Source: Klebsormidium nitens (lineage: Eukaryota > Plantae > Klebsormidiophyceae). Taken from it: a DNA stretch of 48,103 bases. The translations under genes and the position numbers were made by a program. The notes under the pieces are model-generated. The model saw only the letters and a list, made by a program, of their open reading frames with translations. It did not search any database and was not told the origin of the DNA. The stretch lies in the NCBI GenBank assembly GCA_000708835.1, contig DF237591.1:1-48103 (forward strand). Reading direction: 5' to 3'. This document shows, one piece after another, positions 11,586 to 23,723 of the stretch (position 1 is the first letter of the stretch; each line of letters starts with the position of its first letter).

Positions 11586-12124
11586 ATGGCATCCAGCTCA
11601 GCACAACAACCAGAGGCCAACACGTCACAACAGATTCAGAGTTCAGGATGGGGCCCACCCCCAACTCCTGGCCTAGAAGACTTACCACCTTCCTACACAC
11701 CGAATATATATTATGATCATCTCAAAAAGTTAGCCATTCATGAGTGGGACGAATATTGGTGGCCCACTAAGAAGGTCCAACTCGCCTGGCGAATGGGACA
11801 ATGGCATAACCGAATTAAAAAACTAGTGCTCTCATTGACCAGATGCATAGAGAATTACTTGCACTAGAACGAGAAAACGATCTTGATCGCACCCCGATCA
11901 ACGTGCGCCAGTACTTACTTGCCAAGTGGCCGCGCACTGAAATAAACGAAGTATTGGAAGAGTGCACCGCACATTTCCCACAGGGAACTGTCACCACCAG
12001 ACGTATGAGTACGCCGCGCAGAGACGCAATGTTGGAATTCATCGAGCGACAAGTCGATGTAGGCCAGAGTACCCATACGGCGGACTGCACTTACTTCTTC
12101 ATGCAACGATACGGCAATATTTGA
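11586..12124 (+). pseudogene. Accessory ORF of the retroelement (~179 aa, unknown function), split at an A6 run
   Basis: ATG 11586 (MASSSAQQP...) joins ORF 11843-12124 if one A is added to the run at 11817-11822 (...RIKKTSALIDQMHRELLALERE...). Confidence 0.5.
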
Positions 12125-12342
12125 GTAGACATGTGATTAATCGAACCGCGCCCGCGCTCCGCGATCTTGGGTCAGAGCTGATGCCATACTTGTATGGTGG
12201 CAAGGGACCACTCTTCCGAACATTTTAGCTTAGCATATTAACAAAATTGCGGATTTTAAAAGCATGGCACAAATTCACTCTTCATATCCCTGACTGCCTC
12301 AATCTTAAAGCCCTAAACCTCGTCGGGACGACTCGGTGGCTT

Positions 12343-12352
12343 AGGGGGGGGA
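12343..12352 (+). other. Polypurine tract of the retrotransposon
   Basis: AGGGGGGGGA followed by TAA and TG at the start of the repeat, downstream of pol. Confidence 0.8.
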
Positions 12353-12355
12353 TAA

Positions 12356-12509
12356 TGAATGACTATGAATTCCATACATGCCGTCTTATTTACTCAGCAT
12401 ATACCGCCAATTGCTCGTATCATGTACTTTTTAACGTTTAGCCGATCCATATGTCTCATCACTTCATGTAACCGACGTCAATCGAACGCCGACGTTATAT
12501 CGCACGACA
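12356..12509 (+). repeat. 154-bp TG..CA direct repeat, copy 1 (start of the putative 3' LTR)
   Basis: Matches 13548-13701 except for two transitions, and follows the PPT. Confidence 0.9.
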
Positions 12510-13547
12510 GCTGTCATGCCACAACGCGTCGCTGCCATAACGCGTCGCTTGGCCAACCAGCATGAGACATGTGGAATGTCGTAACGTACTTAGATAAGTC
12601 AGTTAGCTTAAACCGACCGCGGTTAGCGCACCTAACCATAACCTCGTAGGCTGGTCACGGATTGGCTATTGATCAGTCACATCATACTGGACATCCATTG
12701 GTGCAACCCGTTATCCACAATCCAATTATTGCAACCAAGGTTCTGGGATTGAATCCGGGTACGTTTTCGAACGTTCCCTGGAGACGTAACCAGTCGCTAA
12801 CCGGTTATGTCACCGCAAGTCACCAGGTTATGATACCGGCCGTCGCGTACCCTATAGCATGTGGCGCAGCCAGCTGCAGCATGCAAGTGGATGTCCAAAC
12901 TCATTATGCGAATCCACGGGTACTTAAGCCAATGGCTCAGCCATTTTCCAACTTGACTTTCATTCAAGTTAACTATCCATCGCCACCGGACACCCGTGTC
13001 CACCCAGCATCCAAGCGCCTTGAGCGTTCAACCCAGCACCCGAGTACCTCGAGTACTCAACAAGTGACCAGCGCCAGCAGTACCGGCGACAGAGGAGACA
13101 ACACCAACGTACTAGCAACACCAACAACACCACCGGAGCAGGAGAACGACAACAACAGTAGCAGTACCAAACACGGCAGTAACTTAATCGGCCCTATAGC
13201 CTTCAGCGTTACCTTCTTGTTTCACATCACCATGTCCCATGCCTCCGGCGACGCCATCATCCAGTCAGTAAGTGTCAACTGCTTGTACTTGTCTTGTGTT
13301 CATGCTTGAGTCCCTTTGGACATCCAGAATCCTGAATGCGAGCCACCGCCACCCTGGGTAGCGAACCTCTCGGACGGACAATGGGGATGCTGTGGGGATT
13401 ACCTTGAATGTTAGCACAAGCCACCTCCAATGCAGCTTGTTCATAACGTGCCATATACTAGCCATACTTTTCTGAGCGCCAGCTTAAGAAACCATCGTGT
13501 CCTTTCAATCAATCCTTAACCAAGGGAAGGGGCCCGACCCCGGATAA

Positions 13548-13701
13548 TGAATGACTATGAATTCCATACATGCCGTCTTATTTACTCAGCATATACCGCC
13601 AATTGCTCGTATCATGTACTTTTTAACGCTTAGCCGATCCATATGTCTCATCACTTCATGTAACCGACGTCAATCGAACGCCGACGTTGTATCGCACGAC
13701 A
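13548..13701 (+). repeat. 154-bp TG..CA direct repeat, copy 2
   Basis: 1192 bp downstream of copy 1 and also preceded by GGATAA. Confidence 0.9.
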
Positions 13702-14486
13702 CATGCTAGGCTAGCAGCTTCTCCTAGCCCAGCGTACGGGAATCTCGACCAATCAGTGCGAAGCATATAGAGCGCTTCCGCCCGGCCGCCATACATGATT
13801 CATAAGATAAGATGAGCACCAGAAAGCATGTGAATGTTAGTATGATTGACAGCGCCACCCGTTGAAATGTGCGTGTCCGGCAGGCATATGAGATCTCTTG
13901 GCCTTGCGCCAGACAATTTTGCGCTTGCTTGCAACTTAATCAGCCTTCCAATTACGTGGGCATATATCAAGCCGGAGACGAAGCGGAGCGGCTGCACAAT
14001 ATGCCCCCAACCTTCGCAAATATTTCAGTCCAGGGGCTGTTCGTCACTTGCAGTCGGCAGTCCGCGTACCGTATCGGCTGTCTTTTCGTGGCACTCTATG
14101 TCCATTGACCAACGGCTAGCAGGGTACTTCTTTGCTGCCAATCAGCTCAAGCGCCTAGACGATTCGATTCATTCTGCCACAACGTTGTACGTCTAACCGT
14201 ACTTTGTCAAAATCTGGGAACGATAAAGCAATCTCTGCTCAATTTCGAACTACGACCACCAAGTGCGGGCCTCGAAACGAGCCCGAAAAGCTCCACATTA
14301 GTGTGGAATCAACCCCTGCTTTACAGTAGGTAAGAGTACCGCTTCCTTAGACCCCCTCGTAACCCAATACGTACACTAATTTGCCCGTAGAGAAGCTTTG
14401 GCAACCCGTTTAATCACCAGGCCGTTCAACTGTTTCTATACATCTAGAGTCGCTTCTTTGAAGCTGCGGACTTCAAAGGCCCATCC

Positions 14487-17400
14487 CTAGCCTGCAGCTT
14501 TCCTCCACGCCAGCTTATGCTTCACCTCGGTCTGCAGAGAAAATGGATCATGATCAGTCGAAGCGCCTGGAACAAACGGTTCGAAGAACCTCAAGTAAAA
14601 GTGCTTCTCGATCTATAAGCGAGAACAGTACCGTTCCCGTCAAAAATTCTGCCTACACTGCCCGCAATCCGAAGCCGAAAGTGGTAAGGCTCGAACAACA
14701 CGTGTCCCTAAATCGAAGGCGCGGCCTGGCTTGACGTCGAAGTGCAAGTCCTCATTTGTCTGGCCAAGTGAACGTTACAACAAGGCTTACCATGTCTCGG
14801 TTCCTCACAAACAGCAAGTGCAGCCGGCGCGCCTGCTCCGCGATCCGCTCGGCGTCTTTGTCGCTCCACGTGTCGTACGTGTGTTCGGAGATGAGCTGCA
14901 TGTCGTCACTAAGATCTTGCAACGTGTACTCTGGCTGCTGACCCGTGGAGTCGAGCTGCTTGCCGTTGATCTTGTTCCGGATGCGGATGAGATTCATGGG
15001 CCTGAGAGGAGATGCGGATGAGGTTCATGGGCCTAAAAGGAGATCATTGCGACGTTCAGTGCCGCCACCACTGGCTTACAGGGCTCGGCATCAGCTTGTC
15101 CGACCAAGCCTGCGATGGCATCAGCATCTTCGACTTGCTCCTCATTGCACTACTGGTTGCAATAGCAGGAAACGTTCGGTCGAGCAAAGAGTTGCACCCA
15201 ACGGGACCCCACGGGAAACGTGCTCGCATTTGCGGAGAAGAAAGCGGCGAAGTAGTTGCTTGGACTGAGCTTCTTTGCGTAGCACATACACGAACCATTT
15301 CAGAACCTCGTCAGAAAGGAAGTCTCGAAGCGTACTATTACTTGAGTAAAGTCCGGCTGTAGACCAGAGGAACAAGCCCAGACAAAAGCGTTCGCCTCAG
15401 GGGTAGAAGAGTGCTTCAATTGAATCAACGACATGGCAATCCTGAGAAGACTGATACCTTACTTGTCGGTGTCCCCGTCAGGCGCGGACTCGATCTTGTC
15501 CGCGACCCGCAGCATAGCCCGGAACAGCGGGCCGTCCTCTTCCTCCATCCCGTCCAAAATGCTCCCCAGGATCTTTCGAGACCCCAACTGCTGCCTCCGG
15601 CTCGACAGCTTCCGGCGCGTTTCCCCGATCGGCGCGTCACTATCCGAGTCGCTGTCCGCACCCCTCAGGTCGGTATCCCCCAGCTCATCTAATTTCTTCC
15701 GCTTCTGTGCAAAGCCGTCCAGTCCTTTCGCTCGTTTCTCTGCTTGGCCGGGGCCAGAGTCCTTGGGGGGCCGCCCCCGGGGCTTCTTATCGCTCTGCAA
15801 CTGCTGGCAGAAACCGTCGGGAATGACTCTCGAACACCCCAACTCTTCGACGATCTGCTCGAACACCCGTCCCTTCAAAAGCTTCCCGCCGCGGTTCGCC
15901 TTCAGCCCGGTGAGAATGTACAGGAACAACCGCGAAAAGCCGCAGCGGAAGCCCCACAAAACTTTCACCAGGCTCTCCCCTTCTTCCCGCTTCTTCACCC
16001 GGCCAACCCGCAGCAAGTCCGATCGTACGGCTGTGCGACCCTCGGCCTCCACGTGGCGCTCCAAGGCTAGCAGGTCCTTCTCGTCCTTGATCAGCTTGTC
16101 CGCCTCGCTCCAAGCTTTGCGGTCGGCGCGGAGGAGTTGCAGAGCCTTAACCGCCGGCGGATCGCGCTGAAACTACAGTAGAGGAAAGATGTATATTTGA
16201 TAACAAGGGAGATTAAAAAGTTCCGTTTTCGTTACTTGAAACCGAACAATCTGGCGAGTCTCGTTGTTCATCCGTATTAGTTGACAACACGACGCAAGTG
16301 CGCTCTGTGGGATTGCATGTCGGCTACGTGGTCTGCAGAAAGAAAGGTGCACAGCGTTGCGGGCCCCCTGTTTCATTCAGAGGGCTTACATGAGTCAAAA
16401 GACGAGCGAAGCTGCTCGCAAATGAAGAGAGTTGCGTTTTTCTCGTAGTCAATTGCGTTCGAGAAATGAGGGCGCCGAACGACAATTTCTTCAACTTTTA
16501 CGCCATCCCGGCTTTACAACGCCCGTGCCCAAGCGACAACAAAGCACAAAAACAATCCGGAGCTCGTAGTGCTTACGTCATCGTGATCGATCAAGATCGG
16601 GGACGGCGACGTCTGACTCGGCGTTGGCGGGGCGCCTTCTTCCGCCTTCTGCACCCTGAACCGGGCCGGCACAACCACGTTCCGTTCGTCTACGATCTGG
16701 TCTCCCCCTGTTTCTGACACCTTTTCCGCTCCCCAACTAGACCTCCCGGCGCTTCCCCGGACCTCAGGCATGGCTGCGTCGTCACGCAAACCGGTCGACT
16801 CTTCCTGCATCGCGTCATCCCCGCTAGGACTGCTTGGCCGGACCCCTTGCGCAGACCCTGAGTCTGGTGTCGAGCCTTCCTGTTCCGAATCGGTATTCGC
16901 CCCTTCCCCTGCCTGCATTGCGGTTGGGCCCGTAGCGCCTTCCCTCGCCGGTTCTGCGGTCGGGGCTTGTCCCCGGGCGGAGACTTCTGTAGTGAACTGG
17001 TCCTGCTTTGTCTCAGCAACGACTGCCAACAGGTCCAGCCCCAGTGATTGGACGTGAGCGCCCGCGGAGGTGTCACCAGCTTGGTTGTTCTGGTCGGAAA
17101 CGACCGGCGGCTCTTCGCCGCTCGTAAGGCCACTCGTGGACTCGGAAGCGAGTGATGGACTTTTCAGTACCTGAAAGAAAGGAGAACGCAGGTTCGAACT
17201 AACTGCGTCAGACTCCTGGGGAGTTGGTCTGGGGAACGAGATCGAATCTGATAAAAGAATCGAGGAGCTGTGATCAAGTTAACCCGCACGACCATGCAAC
17301 CCCCAAGGAAGATGGCGGAAAACCAACTATCAACCAGTCACCTGAAAAAGGGAATTGGGCGGGCCTTGCTCAAAACCTTGCAACAGCGGACTAAAAGAAA

Positions 17401-19665
17401 ATGGTGCCGTCAATCTTAGTAGAACTTCAAAGCAGGGAGGAGCATCACGCATCTTCCAATCCAGTTGAGTGCTTATGCAACATCAATTCAAAGCCTGACA
17501 ACACCTGAAGACTCGCCAGTAACCAACGTACGCGCTTGGACGTAAGGACGTAGGCGGAGAATCCGCTGTTCTGGCCGTTCAGGGTACTAGAAGTAGCAGG
17601 ATTCGTAAAGTCGCGGTTTTATTTCAAGTCGATACTGAGCCAACGAGGATCGTTTTTGGAAAAAGCACCTGCCACGCAGATTGAGAAACGGACTCGATCC
17701 GGAAACTTTGCAAGCTTGCCAGAGAAGAAGATGGGATACTCTCAAGAAGCTACTCACCAGTGCAGCATCTTTGGTTGTCGCTGCCCCATTTTGCAGGGGG
17801 CCAGCCCCCTGGTGACTGTCACTGAGACCGTCCGATTCCTCCCCCTCTGCTGCCTCCGTCTCAGCTGGTGGCGGGACCCGCCTTGCTGGTGCATGGGCGG
17901 ATAACACATGGACTGTCAAGGCGTACATGTCTCCCCGTTTCACCTCGTACGGACAGCCGGACTTCGGACACCTGGCAACAGCCTCTGGACACACCTGGTC
18001 CAAGCAGTACACGGAAGTGAGTTGATATCACGTTGGAAGTATGTTGATACGAAAAACGAACTCGACACGCCTAGCTCTCAAACTTTGATTGGAGGAAGTC
18101 CTCTACTCGTACAGCCAATCTTCGCGATCGATCTGAATCCGAGTTGATCCCCAAGTCAAGTACTTTGCATACACCAGTCAGCGCAAATTGGAAACCTGTC
18201 CGTCAGTACGAAGCAACTTAGAAACTGTCTGTAGAACAAGTCAACTTAAGGGCTTGAACGAGTTACACCATATGGAATGTGAAGGCTCAGCAACAAAATC
18301 CTTACACAGCGATCTAAAAGCAGTCATTTTTGGAGGAACAAGACTATCAACATTCTTAATCGTAAAGGCGAAACCACATCTAGTCTGATTTGGAGTCGGT
18401 ATATTCTGGAATCCAGAAAGGAAGCCACACGTTCATGTGACACTCCATACTTGGCTCAGATGCAGAAAGATAGGAGGCAGAAAGATAGGAGAGTTTGTTG
18501 CAAGTTACCACTGACCAACAACAGGCTCAGAAACTTCTAATCCAAACCCTCATGCAGCTGCTTGCAGAACTCAATAGTAATTTTCATACTAGAAAATAAC
18601 CAGGTTGTGATTTTGAGAAGGATGTTGTATGCTCTGAACGTGAGGTCACCTTGAAGTGTTCTTCCCCATTGGCGAATAGAAACGCTTCCTTGCACAGAGG
18701 GCACTTTGGCTGGCACTCCGGCCGATGACTGCTCTCCACCAGGCATGCGGCCACCTTGACGTCACATCGAGGACAGGGCACCAGACGGTACTTACAAACT
18801 TTGCTATGCTCCTCTCTATCGCACACTGCAATTTTTTCCTCACAGAGAGGGCATGAAACCAGACGATACTCGCACTCATCCTCGTGCAGATTCAATTTCA
18901 GCGCCGGCAATGCAGCGTTGCACCCTAGGTGGCCACACTGCACGGGGCGGTACTCGCACTGCTCTTCATGCAACTGCACCTCCCGCGCTTTCATAATCTG
19001 CTGACAGTGCTGACACTCCTTGGGGCGGTAACCACACTGTTCTTCGTGCGCTTGCCGCTCGCCTCCGCTCCCCAAGTGGGGACATCCATGTTCCGCCTGC
19101 CAAGAGAAGTGCGATTTGAAAGGGACCTCCATAGCAAGATCAGAAGCTCCCACATCGTCATGGTCTGGGGTCTTGCGCAGTGATGTGATATTTGGCAAAG
19201 GGTCTAAGCCTTGAGACTCGAGAACCCTTGACAGCAAGCGGCAGACTTCACCTAGAAAGATGGATTGGCGGTCGCCGTTAGCTCATCATTTGAATCCGGT
19301 GGAATGGGGCACTGGTCAACAACAAGCTGTACTCAACCTTTCTGGGCGCCAGACATGGAGAGTCGATTGCCTGTCACTGAATATGAATCTGCATGTGCTT
19401 GGATTCTTTGATTTTACTCTCTATACTCCTGAATATCTGTGAAATGGAAATCAGTTGAGCAACAAATCTGCCGTTTGAGAAGGTTGTTGGGGTGTACTAC
19501 AGCAATTCTTTGAGAAAAACAGTACTGCTTTCACAGTTGATGCACTTGGCACATGGCACCACAGATTTCTTGGAGCAACTCACCAGCACCCAGCTTCCGG
19601 TAATAATGTCTTGTTTCACGACTGCGTAGCGGCAGATGCCGAGGGCTAAGGGAGCCATGGTGATC
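14487..19665 (-). CDS. Multi-exon gene: TRAF-type Zn-finger repeats, AT-hook and divergent bromodomain; 5' end unresolved
   Basis: Phase-consistent GT-AG exons 19665-19584, 19251-18650, 17994-17758, 17170-16577, 16166-15463, 15001-14791 and 14531-14487. Repeated HEEQC.YRP..C..C fingers, KPRGRPP AT-hook, and ILGSILDGM..PLFR..APDG..K/PMNLIRIRNKI..Y.LQDLSDDMQLI resembling bromodomain helices. Confidence 0.75.
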
Positions 19666-20611
19666 CTGCACAAAGGCTTCTAAATCAACGTTTGTTGAAC
19701 ATGTTCTTTGTGTCTGATCATTTTTACCCTCTATGGAAAGAAGTGATTTGACAGTTAGCGTGCAAAGATCAGAAAACCTGTACGTGTGCATTCTCTATCG
19801 ATACTCTAGCCGCACCAGTAAGTATTTAGGTCTTTTGAGTGAACATGGAATAAGGCTTCTGATAGGTTGATGTGACATGTTCTACAATCAGACTGCTTCA
19901 TCTCCTTGTATGTATGCATCTTAGTGTACGAGGCACGAAGCACTTGCAAGGTCCCTGAAAGTTTTTGAATCATTGCCTGCAGATCTACTCCAAGTATCTA
20001 AAGCTCTTATTGTTCACGAGGGCAACTTGCAAGTACTTTACTTCTTGAGTATAGATGTCAATGTGAAACTACGCAGACAAGACATTGACAATCTTTGACC
20101 CTTCTGTAACCTGACCAACCAGGCTTTTGACTAGATTTGAGTCACCACCGAAGACCAGGAACTCACCTCAGAAGATTGCAAGTCGAACAAGCTGCTAGCT
20201 GAATGCTACGCCTCCATTTTAATGCAGGACCCGGTGAACATACGTAGCCAAGTCCTGCTCAGCAGACTAAGGAGGATGGTAAGCTGGAAGCAGGCTCAAT
20301 CTCTGCAACTTTTCGGGAGAAGGAGGGCTTCATACCGGTATTCAGAAGGGCGTTCTCTCGCGGCGTAAAATGGCGTAAGATGGCGTAAGAGCACTCCTAC
20401 CAAAACACACAGCATGACCTACCTGAGTCCTGACCGAGTGAGAGCGAGTGACGTGAGAGATACTGGTAGCTGGTGAATTCTACAAGTCGCAGCAGTGAGT
20501 ACTAATGACTCGTGAGTACTTGAATCGTCTTGAAATCTGCATACCGGTTTGAACGGGGCCCTCTTCAATTTTTAACCAATAATGGGCATAAGATATTACT
20601 GCACGTGTGCC

Positions 20612-21446
20612 TCACGGCCTTTTCACAAGGGAGAAACTGGAGTTTGGCCGGAGTTCCACCGGGGGTTTGACCTGCTGAGTCCTGAAATTCCATGTTGGCA
20701 GCCATTCACCAATGGCCGTTGAAATTGGCACATGCATGCCTACCACAGGTCCAGGTCATTGGTGACGGTTCTCTCAACTTCTACCACATGGATACTGAAA
20801 GCCGTGACTACCTACCTGTACGACCAAGGTATGATTCCGAATGCTCGAAAAAGGCATTTACTTTAGCGAATGCGAGCCCAAATTATGTATTATTTTCCAC
20901 TTTCCGACCCTAAATCCGAATGGCCAGGAGGTACCCGGTACCTACCTTTTCGAGGTCTGTGGCGTTAAACGGTATGTACCTTGTATTCATACGGCCTAGA
21001 AATCACTTTCCGAACGGGATTTAGCAATTATTTTCGGTTTCCGAAAAAACAGAATCCGACTGCTTATCCGGAGTTTTCAACTTTCCGAATGCAAATAAAT
21101 ATTTTTTTATTCGGAATCATACCTTGGTCGTACCGGTAAATGCAAAAACCCTTTGAAACCAGGAGTCCAGGACTGTACGCGGTCTATACCATGATGCGTA
21201 CCGGGTTTTGAGTTTCGCCACCGTGGCGCGTGGCAAGGCGGATCGAAACGCAAGAACCAATCAGCGCGCGACTTTGACCCCCAAACTTCAATAAAGTTGC
21301 CCCTAGCCGGAGGTTCACCGGAGTTCATATGCAGTTGGAAATCCGACGTGGCACGAACTCCGGTCGCAAAATTCTAATCCATGAACGACCGGAATTTGAA
21401 CTCCCGTCAAACTCCGGTCAACCGTCAAAGTGTAAATAGGCCGTGA
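20612..21446. mobile_element. Putative non-autonomous TIR element with subterminal CCGGAGTT-like repeats
   Basis: TCACGGCCTTTTCACA (20612) versus the reverse complement of TGTAAATAGGCCGTGA (21431-21446), 14/16 identical. Second inverted pair 20636-20656 / 21398-21418, 18/21 identical. No clear TSD. Confidence 0.6.
20813..21138. mobile_element. MITE with TA termini (Tc1/mariner-type) nested in the larger TIR element
   Basis: 30-bp inverted repeats 20813-20842 and 21109-21138 with one mismatch. TA at both outer ends and an AT-rich non-coding interior. Confidence 0.75.
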
Positions 21447-23723
21447 CTAGGTGTCATGATTGTGCTCAACTACACTCAGGCCCCTTCATTAACCTCGCAC
21501 CCAAGATGTTGTTTTCGACGGATGGTTCGATAAACCCCCACAAAGGCCGAGGGTTTGATATCCGTCGATTCCGCAAATTGCGCACTGGGGCAAATAATGA
21601 AAAGGCAGACTGGTCGTGCAACTGTAGTCTGTAACTTCTCTTGGATGGTGCGCGGCGAGTTGACGTACCCAAAGCAGGTATTAGAAAATTAATAGTACCT
21701 AACCCCAGATAAGTGTATTAGGTAACCGCACTGTGACGGGTAGGGTTAGTATGGGGGTTAGGGTGGTACCGGTGTGGAGCGGGTATCGACGGTCGACGAT
21801 TCGTTGCGTCCCTGATCATGACGTTTTCGCGGTAAGACGTTTCGATCATTCGCGCGATCCTAGGTACCTACCTATTGGCTAAACCCTTTCTGCTTCCACG
21901 ACGTAGCCTTGACTTGGTTGACTCGTCAAGTTGTCCCCATAAACTAACATACTTTGTAAACTTAACCCCCAACCTCCAACCTACCTAAGTACCGGTACGT
22001 CCCGGGCGATGATCTTATCGTACCCGGCGGGCCGTCTAAGCTCCAAGCCACCTTAGCGGTGTCCCGGTAGAACCTACCGTATATACCGTGCGGCGTGCCC
22101 ATCCACGGTCCACCCCTGTCCAAACTTCGGCAAGTCCATACGGTATATTATCTTCTCAAAAGCTGGCCCCCCCAAAGCAGTAAACCGCGAACCTCGAATT
22201 ACAACCCGGAGGGAGGCACTTTCGATGGTTTCGAAGAAACCATTGACATTGACATTGACAATCTTGGAAAGCAGGCTTCCGGCCATACGGGGGAGCGAAC
22301 TAGAAGCGAGGAGGCTATAGGCTGTAGCGGCAGAGCCGGGTAAGCTTGCGCCGGGCGGATTGAGACCAATCGTGAGTCATTATTATACTCAAGATGCCCG
22401 TCCGGATAAGGCCCCGGTAGCCTCCGCAAGATCCGGTCAATCGGGATCGGGTCCACCCATGCAATGGTATTTGCAAAGCCCAGGCCCAGGAGCCTGAGAG
22501 AGGAGTTCACACCGGGGAATTTTCACTTGTGACAGGCAGTCGCGGTGTTGCCAGCCGGACCACCAACCGGCCAAAGCTGTCCGGCAAAGAGAACCGCAGG
22601 CGGCAGACCTTGCAAGCACTGGGTGCCCACCGACCCGGGCGCTTCTCGGATACTGCACTAGACTGCACCAGTCGACTGCGGAAACCACCCGGGCAGCGGC
22701 GCAGTCTGCGAAGTTACGTTATTATTGGCACTCAAGTTACAAGAGAGAAAATAGGGGAGTAAGAGAGTGCAGACGGTGCCAATCAGCCAATCAAACTGCA
22801 GAGTTGCCCAAAACGTCTCTATAGAACCTCCTAAAGAAGACCCACGTTCAGTGGCCCGACTTGAATTTCTTATTGTCACCCTTTGAAAAATCTCTGTGAA
22901 GCCAAATAATAGGTAGAATTCTTGATCAACTTGTTTCGAAATTCCGAACGACTCAGTGACGTCTCACTTTTGCAAGCGTAACGATCCAATGCATGGATCC
23001 TATCTTGGAAAGGCGTTCATACATTGTCTCCCGCACTGTCTATGTCTAAGTTTGAGGTTTAAAGTTGAGCAATTGTATAGCACGCATCCGGCCATGTAGC
23101 ATGGCATGTACTATCATGCAACCATAAAGCTTACATTGGGCCAATCGCATACGGTTGCGCGCCGCTCCAATCTCTATTTGAGCATGTAAGCAAAGTTTGT
23201 AAGTTGTGCCTGGATGGCGTACACGGATACATAAGATTCGGGTTCTAAAGAGCAGTCAGCTCGTAACATTGCGCACGCCCCGGGCGCAAACTTTGAACAT
23301 AACGCTAAGTCGCATGGGGTTGGCCATGTGATACCAGCCCTGGCAAGCACTGATATCATGAAGCGGCTAAAAAATTTCAGCCGCGCTGAGTGAGTGCCGC
23401 CAAGCAAAACATGAATTCCTACCATACACGAGTTGCCGGACTTTGCCATAGTTGTGATGAAGGCATTCCTGCATAGAGCTCTGGCCTACTAATGCTCAGG
23501 TGGTGCCAAATGGTGATTACAAGTCTCCATTGGACTGAGGGAACACCATTGAACCTGCCTGAAAAAGGCACTCTCATATCGCCGAAACATGGTGAATTCT
23601 GGCAGTCTCCAGCCCAAGCCCTCATAATAGCAACTCGACATCCGACCTTGGGGTCCGGGCCCTGGTCGTATCCTACGCCGTAAGATGCTGCCTCGGTCCA
23701 CAGAATAGAAATGTCGAACCCCC

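Larger units (their letters stand above)
1..13701 (+). mobile_element. Ty3/Gypsy LTR retrotransposon carrying a C5 DNA methyltransferase and a PHD finger; decayed copy, 5' LTR not visible in the window
   Basis: Domain order Gag-PR-(DNMT)-RT-RNaseH-INT is Gypsy-type. A G-rich polypurine tract at 12343-12352 is followed by TG at 12356. The 3' boundary is uncertain (see findings). Confidence 0.93.

Noticed and set aside
12356-13701. Split direct repeats of a DIRS/Ngaro-type tyrosine-recombinase element
   Set aside because: The element encodes a DDE integrase and a protease, and no tyrosine recombinase motifs were seen.
14266-14285. Small GC hairpin as a terminator or ncRNA
   Set aside because: Eukaryotic context, short imperfect stem, no U-tract or other support.
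15012-15375. Short ORFs as additional exons of the TRAF-bromodomain gene
   Set aside because: Direct splicing 15463>15001 restores the KPMNL bromodomain motif, and no phase-consistent path through these ORFs was found.
15433-16170. 245-aa plus-strand ORF
   Set aside because: Antisense shadow of the minus-strand exon 16166-15463.
21700-21990. Telomere-like GGGTTAG/CTAACCC motifs as an interstitial telomere
   Set aside because: Only scattered, degenerate, non-tandem units. More likely a decayed repeat fragment.
22074-22879. Cluster of short ORFs as a gene or transposase remnant
   Set aside because: No recognisable motif and no consistent exon chain could be built.
23322-23351. SACQGWYHM on the minus strand as a PHD fragment
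   Set aside because: The other Cys ligands are missing, and it lies just downstream of the AKR stop codon.
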